Shown here: positions 48,401-59,611 of the stretch, in pieces
Numbering within the stretch: position 1 is the stretch's first letter
How the letters are laid out: every line of letters begins with the position of its first letter
NCBI GenBank assembly: GCA_002269645.1
Contig: NIVC01002515.1
Location: 1-64,000 of the forward strand
Length of the DNA: 64,000 bases
From: Macrostomum lignano
Lineage: Eukaryota
Direction of reading: 5' to 3'
Translations under genes and position numbers: made by a program
Notes under the pieces: model-generated
Database searches by the model: none
The model's input: the letters and a program-made list of their open reading frames with translations, nothing else
Told to the model about the DNA's origin: nothing

Positions 48401-51400
48401 TTCCACACCGGAAGTGTAGCAACTCAGTAATATTCCACACCGGAAGTGTAGCAGCTCATAATATTCCACACCGGAAGTGTAGTAGCTCAGTAATATTCCA
48501 CACCGGAAGTGTAGTAGCTCAGTAATATTCCTCACCAAAGTGTAGTAGCTCAGTAATATTCCTCACCGGAAGTGTACTTGCTCAGTAATATTCCTCACCG
48601 GAAGTGTAGTAGCTTATCGATATTCCTCACCAAAGTGTAGTAGCTCAGTAATATTCCTCACCGGAAGTGTACTTGCTCAGTAATATTCCACACCGGAAGT
48701 GTAGTAGCTTATTGATATTCCACACCGGAAGTGTAGTAGCTTATTGATATTCCACACTGGAAGTGTAGTAGCTTATCGATATTCCACACCGGAAGTGTAG
48801 TAGCTTATTGATATTCCACACCGGAAGTATAGTAGCTTATTGATATTCCACACCGGAAGTGTAGTAGCTTATTGATATTCCACACCGGAAGTGTAGTAGC
48901 TTATTGATATTCCACACTGGAAGTGTAGTAGCTTATCGATATTCCACACCGGAAGTGTAGTAGCTTATTGATATTCCACACCGGAAGTGTAGTAGCTTAT
49001 TGATATTCCACACCGGAAGTGTAGTAGCTTATTGATATTCCACACCGGAAGTGTAGTAGCTCAGTAATATTCCACACCGGAAGTGTAGTAGCTCAGTAAT
49101 ATTCCTCACCAAAGTGTAGTAGCTCAGTAATATTCCTCACCGGAAGTGTACTTGCTCAGTAATATTCCTCACCGGAAGTGTAGCAGCTCAGTAATATTCC
49201 TCCTGGAAGTGTAGCAGCTCAGTAATATTCCACACCGGAAGTGTAGCAGCTCAGTAATATTCCACACCGGAAGTGTACTTGCTCTTAAAAATGCTCTTTA
49301 ACACCGATCCCCGATTTCAGGCCAGCGCGCAGGCCAAGCACCAGATGTGGGTTGACGCGCAGGTTGGCGCTATCAAACGATCCGGTTTGGGCGGCATATT
49401 CGAATGTCTCGTAAGTGATTTTTTATTGCTCGATAGTTTGATTGCTATAGAGACTAAGCACTAGCACTTATTTTCGGTTTTCGGTTTTTTCAGCTTTGCA
49501 ACGTCAAGTGCAACTCGCAGAAATCGCTCGACTTTCACGTGAACGGCGATAAGCATAAAAAGCTGATTGAAGAGCGCGTGAAAGAGTTGGAGGGTGAGTT
49601 GATTTGTGCCAGTTTGGTGCTTCTAGGGGATAGAATATTATCTGATCCTCGGCTTCTGGGCCAGCCTCCCAGATCCTCGGCTTCTGGGCCAGCCTCCCAG
49701 ATCCTCGGCTGCTGAGCCAGCCTCCTAGATCCTCGGCTGCTGAGCCAGCCTCCCAGATCCTCAGTTGCTGGGCCAGCCTCCCAGATCCTCAGTTGCTGGG
49801 CCAGCATCCCAGATCCTCAGTTGCAGGGCCAGCCTCCCAGATCCTCAGTTGCTGGGCCAGCCTCCCAGATCCTCAGTTGCTGTGCCAGCCTCCCAGATCC
49901 TCAGTTGCTGTGCCAGCCTCCCAGATCCTCAGTTGCTGTGCCAGCCTCCCAGATCCTCAGTTGCTGTGCCAGCCTCCCAGATCCTCAGTTGCTGTGCCAG
50001 CCTCCCAGATCCTCATCTATAGTCAGTCGCAAATCGCCATGGCAACCCGCAGCCGTTCAGCGCGAGAAGGACGCCGCGGAGGCAGCCGAGCAGGCCAAGA
50101 AAGCCGAAGCCGAGGCTGCTCAGAAGGCGGAGGCGGAGGCCAAGCTCAAGGCGGAGCAGGCAGCGGCGGCGGCCAAGCAGCAGCAGCAGAAGCAAAAGTC
50201 TTCTGGCGGTCGCGGCGCCAAGCCGACACTCCGTGCTCAAACTCTGCTCAACAGCTGCTTAGAGCCGCTGCTCGGATTGCAATACGTGACGGAGTACCAG
50301 CGCATCAATCCTATGCTGGAGTGCCGCTGCTACTGCGAACTGTGCAACTTGAACTTCCCCGTGGCTGAGCTAATTAACCATGCGACGGGTATCAGGCATC
50401 GGAGACTGTTCTTTGTGAGTTTAGCGATGTTTTCCCAGTCCCTCTTATCTTCATCTCAAAACATCAGGTAGAATTCTTGAAACCCATAAAAATAAGCACT
50501 TTTAAGAATCGGAACCCAATCTACGAACCCTAAGTCTTAAAATCCCAAATCTAAGAATCCCAAATCTAAGACTCCCAAATCTAAGAATCCCATACCTAAG
50601 AATCCCATACCTAAGAATCCCATACCTAAGAATCCCATATCTAAGAATCCCATATCTAAGAATCCCATATCTAAGAATCCCATATCTAAAAATCCCATAT
50701 CTAAGACTCCCATATCTAAGACTCCCAAATCTAAGAATCCCATACCTAAGAATCCCATACCTAAGAATCCCATACCTAAGAATCCCATATCTAAGAATCC
50801 CATGCCTAAGAATCCCATACCTAAGAATCCCATACCTAAGAATCCCATATCTAAGAATCCCACATCTAAGAATCCCATATCTAAGAATCCCATATCTAAG
50901 AATCCCATAATCTAAGAATCCTATATCTCAGAATCCCATATCTAAGAATCCCAACATTTATTCAGCCTTCAACCGCTATGATCCCCATCCGCAGCGAGCC
51001 CACTACCCGGACCTGTTCGCAATCCTGTCTCAAGATCGCAGTCCTCGCAGCGTCAAAATCCGCCGCTATTCTGTCTACGCTCAACGAGTCGAAGACTGGG
51101 AAGGCAGGAAGAAAATGAATTTAAAAGTGGAAGTTGAGACAACTGACGAATCGGGCAGTCAGGGCCAGTTGCAGTCAAAGTCAGCCGCAGCCGCCGCCCC
51201 GGCAGCTCCAGTTGTAAAGTACACGCTGAAGTCTTCTAAACGGCCTAGGAACGCGGCGGCCAAACAGAATCGCGGCCGCGGCGGGGTCGACTTGGAGGAG
51301 GGCGAGATCGATGGCGATGCCGTCGAACTATCCGATGGCGGCGCTGCGGACGAAGAGTCCGACCCTGAGGAGGGAGAAGCTCTGGACAATGCGGGACCGC

Positions 51401-54400
51401 CCGAGCAGCCCGGGGTGGTGTTCGAGGATGCCATCCTGATCGATCGAGAGCCTTTGACAAATATTGACAAGAATTCTGGCTCTAAAGTTGATAATGGCGA
51501 TATTGCGGCTACTCGCGAGGCGTTTATTAAACGACTGAAAGAGCAAAAAGTTTTGTCAACTAGCGAGGCCACAAAGGAGGTGCTGGATAGCATTAGTCGC
51601 GAGGCCGATTGGGCTATCAAGAGGAAGAAACGTGCTGCCGGTATTGTTGAGGTAAGATTTAGCTCTCACCCTGTGTGCTTTTTATCCCATGCCTAAACTG
51701 GGAAGATTGTCCCATGCATAAACTGGGAAGATTGTCCCATGCATAAAATAGGAAGATTATCACATGCATAAAATAAGAAGATTATCCCATGCATAAACTG
51801 GGAGGATTATCACACGATCAGGGAATAATCATGAAAACTGGGAGAATAATTTATAAACAGGTAGAATATTGACATAAATAGGTAGACTATTGGCATAAGC
51901 AAGTAGAATATTGCCATAAACAATTAGATAATCCCAAAAAACAGGGAGGACAATCCCATAAACGGGAGGGACAAATCTCATAACCAGAAAGAATAATCCC
52001 ATAAACAGAGGATAATCCCATAAACAGGAAGGTCAGGTAATCCCATAAACAGGGAGGACAATCCCATAAAAAGGGAGGACAATTCCATAAACAGGAAGGA
52101 TAATCCCATAAACGGGAGGGACAAATCTCAACCAGAAAGAATAATCCCATAAACAGAGGATAATCCCATAAACAGGAAGGTCAGGTAATCCCATAAACAG
52201 GGAGGATAATCCCATAAAAAGGGAGGACAATTCCATAAACAGGAAGGATAATCCCATAAACAGGAAGGATAATCCCATAAACAGGAAGGTCAGGTAATCC
52301 CATAAACAGGGAGGATAATCCCATAAAAAGGGAGGACAATTCCATAAACAGGAAGGATAATCCCATAAACAGGAAGGATAATCCCATAAACAGGAAGGTC
52401 AGGTAATCCCATAAACAGGGAGGATAATCCCATAAAAAGGGAGGACAATTCCATAAACAGGAAGGATAATCCCATAAACAGGAAGGATAATCCCATAAAC
52501 AGGAAGGATAATCCCATAAACAGGAAGGTCAGGTAATCCCATAAACAGGGAGGATAATCCCATAAAAAGGGAGGACAATTCCATAAACAGGAAGGATAAT
52601 CCCATAAACAGGAAGAATAATCCCATAAACAGGAAGGACAATCCCATAAACAGGAAGGATAATCCCATAAACAGGAAGGATAATCCCATAAACAGGAAGG
52701 ACAATCCCATAAAAAGGAAGAATAATCCCATAAACAGAAAGGATAATCCCATAAACAGGAAGAATAATCCCATAAACAGAAAGGATAATCCCATAAAAAA
52801 GAAGGACAATCTCATAAACAGGAAGGATTATCCCATAAACAGAAAGGATAATCCCATAAACAGGAAGGTCAGGTAATCCCATAAACAGGGAGGACAATCC
52901 CATAAAAAGGAAGGATAATCCAATAAACAGGAAGGATTATCCCATAAACAGAAAGGATAATCCCATAAACAGGATACGAGTGTAATCCCACAAACAGATC
53001 AACTCCACTCTTAATCAAGTCACAACAAAAAATCCCATTCTTTCCCACAGGACGACGCCGATCTGATCAAATTCGGCGCCACGGTTGCCAACAGTGCTGG
53101 CAGTGACGCAACTTCCAGTTCTTCATCTGGTCAGCCTCAGCAGCAACAGCAGCAGCAGCAGCAGCATATGACCTCTTTAGTGGAGCAGATTCGCTCAATG
53201 ACCGGTATTAACTTGGGCATTAGCCGGGCTCAAGCTGACGCATTCCGCATCCCGAGCATTCCCGGCCTGAGGCTGGACATTGACCGCATCAAGGACACGC
53301 CGGATCCCGTAGCCCAGATGCGCAATCTGGTGTCCCAGATACAGGAATTTGTTGGCAGTCAAAAAGCTGTAGGCTACGCTGCGGGACCTTCGAATGCTAC
53401 TAGTAGTAGTAGTGCGGCTCGGTTAGGCTTGCTCTCGTCTTCAGCTGGTGCAGCGGCGGTGGCGTCAGCTACTCAGCAGCAGCCGGAGCACAAGGAGAAG
53501 CGGCATCGGCATCTGCATAAGGACAAGAAAGAGAAGAAAGAGAAGAAAGAAAAGAAACGCGATAGGAAAGAACGGGAGCGCAAAGAGAAAGAGCAACAGC
53601 AGCAGCAGCAGAAGCTAATGGGGGCTATCCACCTGCCAGGCAAAGACACAATCATTCAAGTCACTAAACAGCATAAGAAAGCTAAAAAGCAGAGCAAACA
53701 CGAAGACAAAGACCGCGAGAAGCGTAACAAAGACAAAGAGCGAGCCAAGGCTAAGGAGAAGGAGAAGAAAGACAAGATTAAAGAGAAGGAGCGCAAGAAA
53801 TTAAAGCGTCGCGAACAAGAGAAAGACACACGGGACAGAGAGAGGGCAAGCGAGTCTAAGCGACGTCGCCGCGACGATCAGCCGGTCGTTTTACCGACAC
53901 CCGACAGTGTGCTGGGTTTGGCCATGACCGACCAGCTGAGCGGCGGCGCGTCAACCGTGTTTGACGCCTACAGCTCTTTGCCATCGTCGTCTGCAGCAGC
54001 GGTTACTACGGGTACAGCTGCTGCTGCTGCTGCTGCTGCTGCTGTCTCTGCCGCATCGACAGTCGCCTCGGCACCCGACGGACCCAGAGCTCGAAAAGGC
54101 TCGTCCTCGTCTAGCTCAAACGACTCATCAGACGATGACGACTATGTGGAGAAATCTGCCGATTGGTTGGCTTCGCTGGCTAGGAACAGTCTGTACGGTG
54201 GGAAGAAATCTGTTGAATCGGCACAGCCAACCCCGTCGCAACCAGTCTTGCTGGGTCTTATGGGCGGCAGTTTGCCGCCGCCACCACAACAGCCGCAGCA
54301 GCAGCAACAACAGCCGACATCATTTAGTCTTAGGCCTCCATTAGCCGGATCAACTTTAGGTCTGATTCCTCAGCAACAGCAGCAGCAACAGCAGCAACAA

Positions 54401-54703
54401 CAGTTTAGTTATCTTCCACCTCCGCAGTCCATGATGCAGCAGCAGCAGCAGCAGCAGCAGCCATATTTGCCTCCAATGCAGTCGCAGGGGCCGCCCCTGT
54501 TGCCCATTAATAATAAAAATCTAGCAAATTATCAGCAGTACCAACAGCATCAACAGCAGCCTCAGCAGCCGATGTTCCATCATCATTCACTTCCTCTGCC
54601 ATCTCAGTTCTTGCCGCAACAGCAGCAGCAGCAACAACAGCAGCAGCAGCAGGTTCTTCTGCCTCCGCCTCCTCAGCCGCAGCCTCATCAACAGATGTGG
54701 TGA
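45452..54703 (+). CDS. Large (~1909 aa) uncharacterised protein with three U1/matrin-type C2H2 zinc fingers, a coiled coil and P/Q/K-E-rich low-complexity regions
   Basis: Phase-consistent GT-AG exons 45452-48289, 49321-49410, 49494-49593, 50023-50414, 50995-51651 and 53051-54703 (stop). Fingers: [24 protein letters not shown]; FECL|[21 protein letters not shown]; [24 protein letters not shown]. Confidence 0.85.
48350..49280. repeat. Minisatellite, 32-bp unit AATATTCCACACCGGAAGTGTAGTAGCTCAGT (intron 1 of the zinc-finger gene)
   Basis: Tandem copies. Confidence 0.95.
49635..50013. repeat. Minisatellite, 28-bp unit GCCAGCCTCCCAGATCCTCAGTTGCTGT (intronic)
   Basis: Tandem copies ending 9 nt before acceptor 50022. 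Confidence 0.94.
50530..50952. repeat. Minisatellite, 15-bp unit CTAAGAATCCCATAT (intronic)
   Basis: Tandem copies. Confidence 0.95.
51700..52990. repeat. Composite minisatellite, 21-bp core ATAATCCCATAAACAGGAAGG (intronic)
   Basis: Tandem variants lie between donor 51652 and acceptor 53050. Confidence 0.94.
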
Positions 54704-55499
54704 CGCTTGTATGAGCAAGGCCCAAGCTATCGCCAGGCTTAGTAGACATTTATTTTATTATCATCATTAATTCCATAATTTGTTAATTTATGCTTCATAC
54801 GCAAGCTACACACCTATGTATGCTTAGACTCTTGGCTTCAAGGTAAAGCTTACAGCTTACAGTACTTACGCGTAGTTTTGTCTATTTCTGGTTTTTAAGC
54901 TGTTAAACAAAAATACTGTTATTTGCTTGACTTTTTTAAATAAATTGCCATTGTTAATCTGTTAATTTATAATTTCTGCACTCGTCTGTCTCATCTGTTT
55001 GTTTGTTGCATTGAGCCTGTCGAGTTCTGTCTTCAAGTGCGTAACAGACGATTAGGAAATATGTTAATAATATACGGAACCGAAATTTGTATTTAATATA
55101 TATATATACCGTGGCCTGAAATTTACTAAATTTCGTTGCATTACATCCGTATGCGTTGTATGTGTAGCGTATGTATGCTTTAAAAATTCAAATGATCACC
55201 TATTTTCTTCATCTTGTTGAAACTGTTCATAATTTGACCTTGTTTAATTGGCTCGCGTGTAATAACTGGTCTGATTTGTGTATCTTTAAAAATATTATGT
55301 GCGTATTTTTCAATAGTGAACCATGCAATTGAGCTATTGAGCTTTCCGACGAAATTAATCGTTGTATAAAGCTTGATTTTCCTGTTTAATTTTTTCCCGT
55401 AAATTATTTATACAAGGTATTCTAAACTAGTATAATGGGGTTTTGAAGGCCTAGCAATGATTTTGCTATAAGAACTGGTAAGAGTCAACTTACTGACTC

Positions 55500-56310
55500 T
55501 TCCGTTTTAGGAACAAGTCAGCCTGGTGTGATTTCCGGTTTGGGAACAAGTCAACTTGGTGTGACTTCCGGTGTGGGAACAAGTCAACTTGATGTGACTT
55601 CCGGTGTGGGTACAAGTCAACTTGGTGTGACTTCCGGTGTGGGAACAAGTCAACTTGATGTGACTTCCGGTGTGGGTACAAGTCAACTTGATGTGACTTC
55701 CGGTGTGGGTACAAGTCAACTTGGTGTGACTTTCGGTGTGGGAACAAGTCAACTTGATGTGACTTCCGGTGTGGGAACAAGTCAACTTGGTGTTACTTCC
55801 GGTGTGGGAACAAGTCAACTTGGTGTGATTTCCGGTTTGGGAACAAGTCAACTTGATGTGACTTCCGGTGTGGGAACAAGTCAACTTGGTGTGACTTCCG
55901 GTGTGGGAACAAGTCAACTTGGTGTGACTTCCGGTGTGGGAACAAGTCAACTTGGTGTGACTTCCGGTGTGGGAACAAGTCAACTTGGTGTGACTTCCGG
56001 TGTGGGAACAAGTCAACTTGATGTGACTTCCGGTGTGGGTACAAGTCAACTTGGTGTGACTTCCGGTGTGGGAACAAGTCAACTTGGTGTGACTTCCGGT
56101 GTGGGAACAAGTCAACTTGATGTGACTTCCGGTGTGGGAACAAGTCAACTTGGTGTGACTTCCGGTGTGGGAACAAGTCAACTTGATGTGACTTCCGGTG
56201 TGGGAACAAGTCAACTTGGTGTGAATTTTGGTTTGGGAACAAATTAACTTGGTGACTTCCAGTCTGGGAGCAAATCAACTTGGTGTGACTTCCGGTTTGG
56301 TAGAGTCAGC
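55500..56310. repeat. Minisatellite, 33-bp unit GTGACTTCCGGTGTGGGAACAAGTCAACTTGGT (intergenic)
   Basis: Tandem copies. Confidence 0.95.
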
Positions 56311-56694
56311 CTTGATGCGACTTCCAGGTTTGGAAAAGACTGAGTCAGCATTGGGAGTACATGTACATGCATGGCTGTGTGAACGATTCAATTTTTTAGA
56401 CTTATTGAACTTGTTCGTCTTTTAGCTAAAAGTACAACAATAACATTTGTATTGATTCAAAAGTCAATGCTACTCAGCCCAAAGACAGATTTTATTGGCT
56501 AAATCTCAAGTCTAGTCTTACATTCGATACTGTGTCTTAGGAGTTTGTTTGTTCAGGCCATAGACTGTTGGAGCTGGCCCGAGGAAACCATTTCATACAG
56601 TTAGGCGTTGCATTATAGCTTTTTAGCTCTGGCAGTCGGAAAGTTAATCGGCTCAATATTCGATAGCGCAAGCGAGCAGCCAAGATCCATCATC

Positions 56695-57649
56695 ATGTCT
56701 AATAGCAACGTGTTCGAGCAGTACCAGAAGTACTTCGACTCGTTAATCACGCGCCACAAGGAAGCTTGCAAATTAGAGAATCAACATAATACTCAAACTC
56801 AACCAACTTCATGGGTGCCTCCGCAGATACCTCAACCACAGCCGCAGCAGCCACAGCAGCAGTACCAGCAGCAGCAACTCCCACAACCGCCCGTAGGCAT
56901 TCATCGAATGCAAATGCCGCCGACGACTCACCAACCAGAAGTTGACATGTACGGCAGCAGGTACCGTCCGCCACCGCCGCCGCCGCAGCGTTACGACGAT
57001 TACGATTCAGAGGTTAGTAAACATGCTGTGTACTGGCAGGTAAATATTTGATTACATGTACATTGATCAACGCCACTTGCGCACCACTTCAGCCCGACTA
57101 CGGTTACTACGGCCGCGGCGGTCGTCCTTCACTGATGAATCGTTCGTGGCCAAGGCGCCAGCCGCCACCGCCACCGCCGCCATCGTCGCAGTATCATCAA
57201 CCTGATGATTACAGCCGGTACTACTACTACAACCGGTATCGAGATTGCCCGGAAGAGCCGATGCAGGAAATGCCACCGCCGCAGCCACAGCAGCAGCAAC
57301 AGCTGCCTCCAGCAGCACCGAACGTGTACCGTCCGGACGGTCGGATTAATCCTTCGCCAGCAGATGTCGAGAAGAGTAAACCAACTTTCTGCTATCCAAA
57401 TAGTGTCGACGGATATCGAGGTGAGAATCGTTACTGACTCTTTTGCCTCTAATTAGTAGGTATTTGTATAGATTTTTACCTCTAAACTACTCTAAACTAA
57501 ACTACATGCATCTTGCAGGCGGCGGACCGTGCGGCCCGTGCACCAGCTGCACAAGCAAGACTCAGGCAGAGTCAGAGACTCCTGTTACTCTGCAACAGAA
57601 GCTGGAACAGCGTAAAGCTAGCAAGCAGCAGGAGCAGGAGAACCAGCAA

Positions 57650-57680
<31 letters not shown>

Positions 57681-57904
57681 AACAGCAGCAGCAGCAAAAA
57701 CCCTGCGAAGGCAAGAACTGCGCCGAAGCCTGGCCATCGGCTTCGTCAGCCGCCGCAGCCGGCGCCGCCGTGTCCGCTGCCACCGCCGCTGCCGCTGCTA
57801 AAAGCGACTCGCCACGCGGACGACTACCTTTAAATGCAGCCGAGCCGTTTGTGGTCGGACCGACGTCCTATCACTATTTTTTCAGCAACGAAAATCTGGC
57901 TTAA
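56695..57904 (+). CDS. Uncharacterised Pro/Gln/Tyr-rich protein, 343 aa, 3 exons
   Basis: ATG at 56695; exons 56695-57012, 57093-57420 and 57519-57904 with short GT-AG introns and matching phases (0, 1). No recognisable domain. Confidence 0.72.
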
Positions 57905-59611
57905 GTGGCATGCCAATCTTCTTGCAAAGCTTATGGACAGCTTAGCTGTTTGCATTTTCGCATTAGCGCATCGAACTTGCTTTGTTGAGCTGAACTGAGA
58001 AAACTTTCTGACTCTTAAAATGCGGAGTTTTAGTTTTGTCCACCACATGTGGGGACTCAAATTATTTTGCCATTTGAAAATCTGAACTTCAAAATATATT
58101 ATGAGACGATCTCTATAGCAGCCGAGTGCTGGTCTATTGCTTTGCTCCACGACGTTTTCAATGAGAATTTTAAAAAATGTGTATTAATTGTTATTGATGA
58201 TGTTATTTGTTCGCCTGAATACATGTACATGTGTATCTACAGTTGCTTACCCTCGCATATACTGTATATACTTTTTGTTAGGGACTTAGGGTAAACATAC
58301 ACCTGGTCAAACCGTTATGCAGTTGCTGGGCCAACCTCGTACCATGAGATCTTCGACTCTCGGACCGTCTTAGGAGATGTAGGAGTCTCATGTTATATTT
58401 AGCACTTTTTATTTTAAGCTTTCTATTAAACGCCGGAAAGTTTGATTGAAGAAAGAGCCTTCTTACAATGATATACTGACAATTGGGATGCTGCATGTGT
58501 ATTGTGTACATATGCACCTTTTTGTGAAATTGCACTTTTATCGAAAATTCATGGCTTTTTAGAGCTTGTCCGAAGCTCTAGCTTCTGCAGCACTTTAATT
58601 GGGTCTTAAAAGGGCAAGGCCAATCGATTAAAGGGCTCTATAAAAGCGCTGCAAGCTAGAGCTTAAGATTTTATTACAAGCTCTAAGAAACAAAAACAAA
58701 CCTGTACAAAAACGCTGCTTATTCATTCAACGCTAATGCTCGATGTGACGAATTGGCGTTGGCCCAAAATAGCATTTGAATGAGACGCGTTTATACGGGT
58801 TTGTTCTTGTTTTCTGATAGGCGATTTCTGGTTCGTAAAACTTTTGTAAATAGAAATCCGGTTTCTGCTTTCGGAGAACAGTAGCCTATATAATTCGAGT
58901 GGGGCTTGGCGTAAGTTGGCGAATACTAAATAGACGTAGGCCTATTTTAATTTATGCATTGCTTTGCCCTGAATGAGACCACGGATGTTTCTCTCTGTTG
59001 GTCTTTCTGGGCTGGTAACTATACATAATCAAATTTTCTTCTTTTTAATTTCAGGCTAATTAATTCTCTATTTCAACAATTAAGTCATAAGAATAAAATC
59101 TTGTTAAAAGCAAATTAAATTAGTTAATAGGCCCAAGCCAAGAAACCAAGATAATATTAAGAGTCATAAGAATAAACCAATAGGCCCTATATGGATTAGG
59201 CTGAGGCTCTATGGACATAAAATTAGTAATAACAATGTAAATTATTTTATAAAAAAACTTTATAGCAGTTTTGCAATCTTTGTGAGTAACTTGCAACTTT
59301 TACTTTATCATTTTATGGGTCAAGGCTAAGGGATAAGATTTAGAAACCTAATTTAGCTACAAAATCATATAGGCCCTAGCCTTAATCAGAATCTCAGAAT
59401 CTGAAATAATAGGCCTAGCCTAGCCTATAAACTGACAGACCATCCTTATTTTACTTATATAAGCATATGGCATTCCAACTATTTTTTGCAAAAGATAAAA
59501 TATGAAATGACTAGGCCTAACTAGGCCTATGAATATTTTTAGGCCTATTTAAAAGTTTAATGACCTAAATTAAGATTTTTTATGATTTTTAATGATAGGC
59601 CTCTACCTTTG

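Noticed and set aside
55490-56278. GTSQLGVTSGV repeat ORF resembling ice-nucleation or antifreeze repeats
   Set aside because: A 33-bp array open on both strands, with no credible start, splice sites or unique flanking domains.
57820-57860. LPLNAAEPFV resembling a PAM2 (PABP-binding) motif
   Set aside because: Spacing does not fit LNxxAxEFxP; too weak to call.
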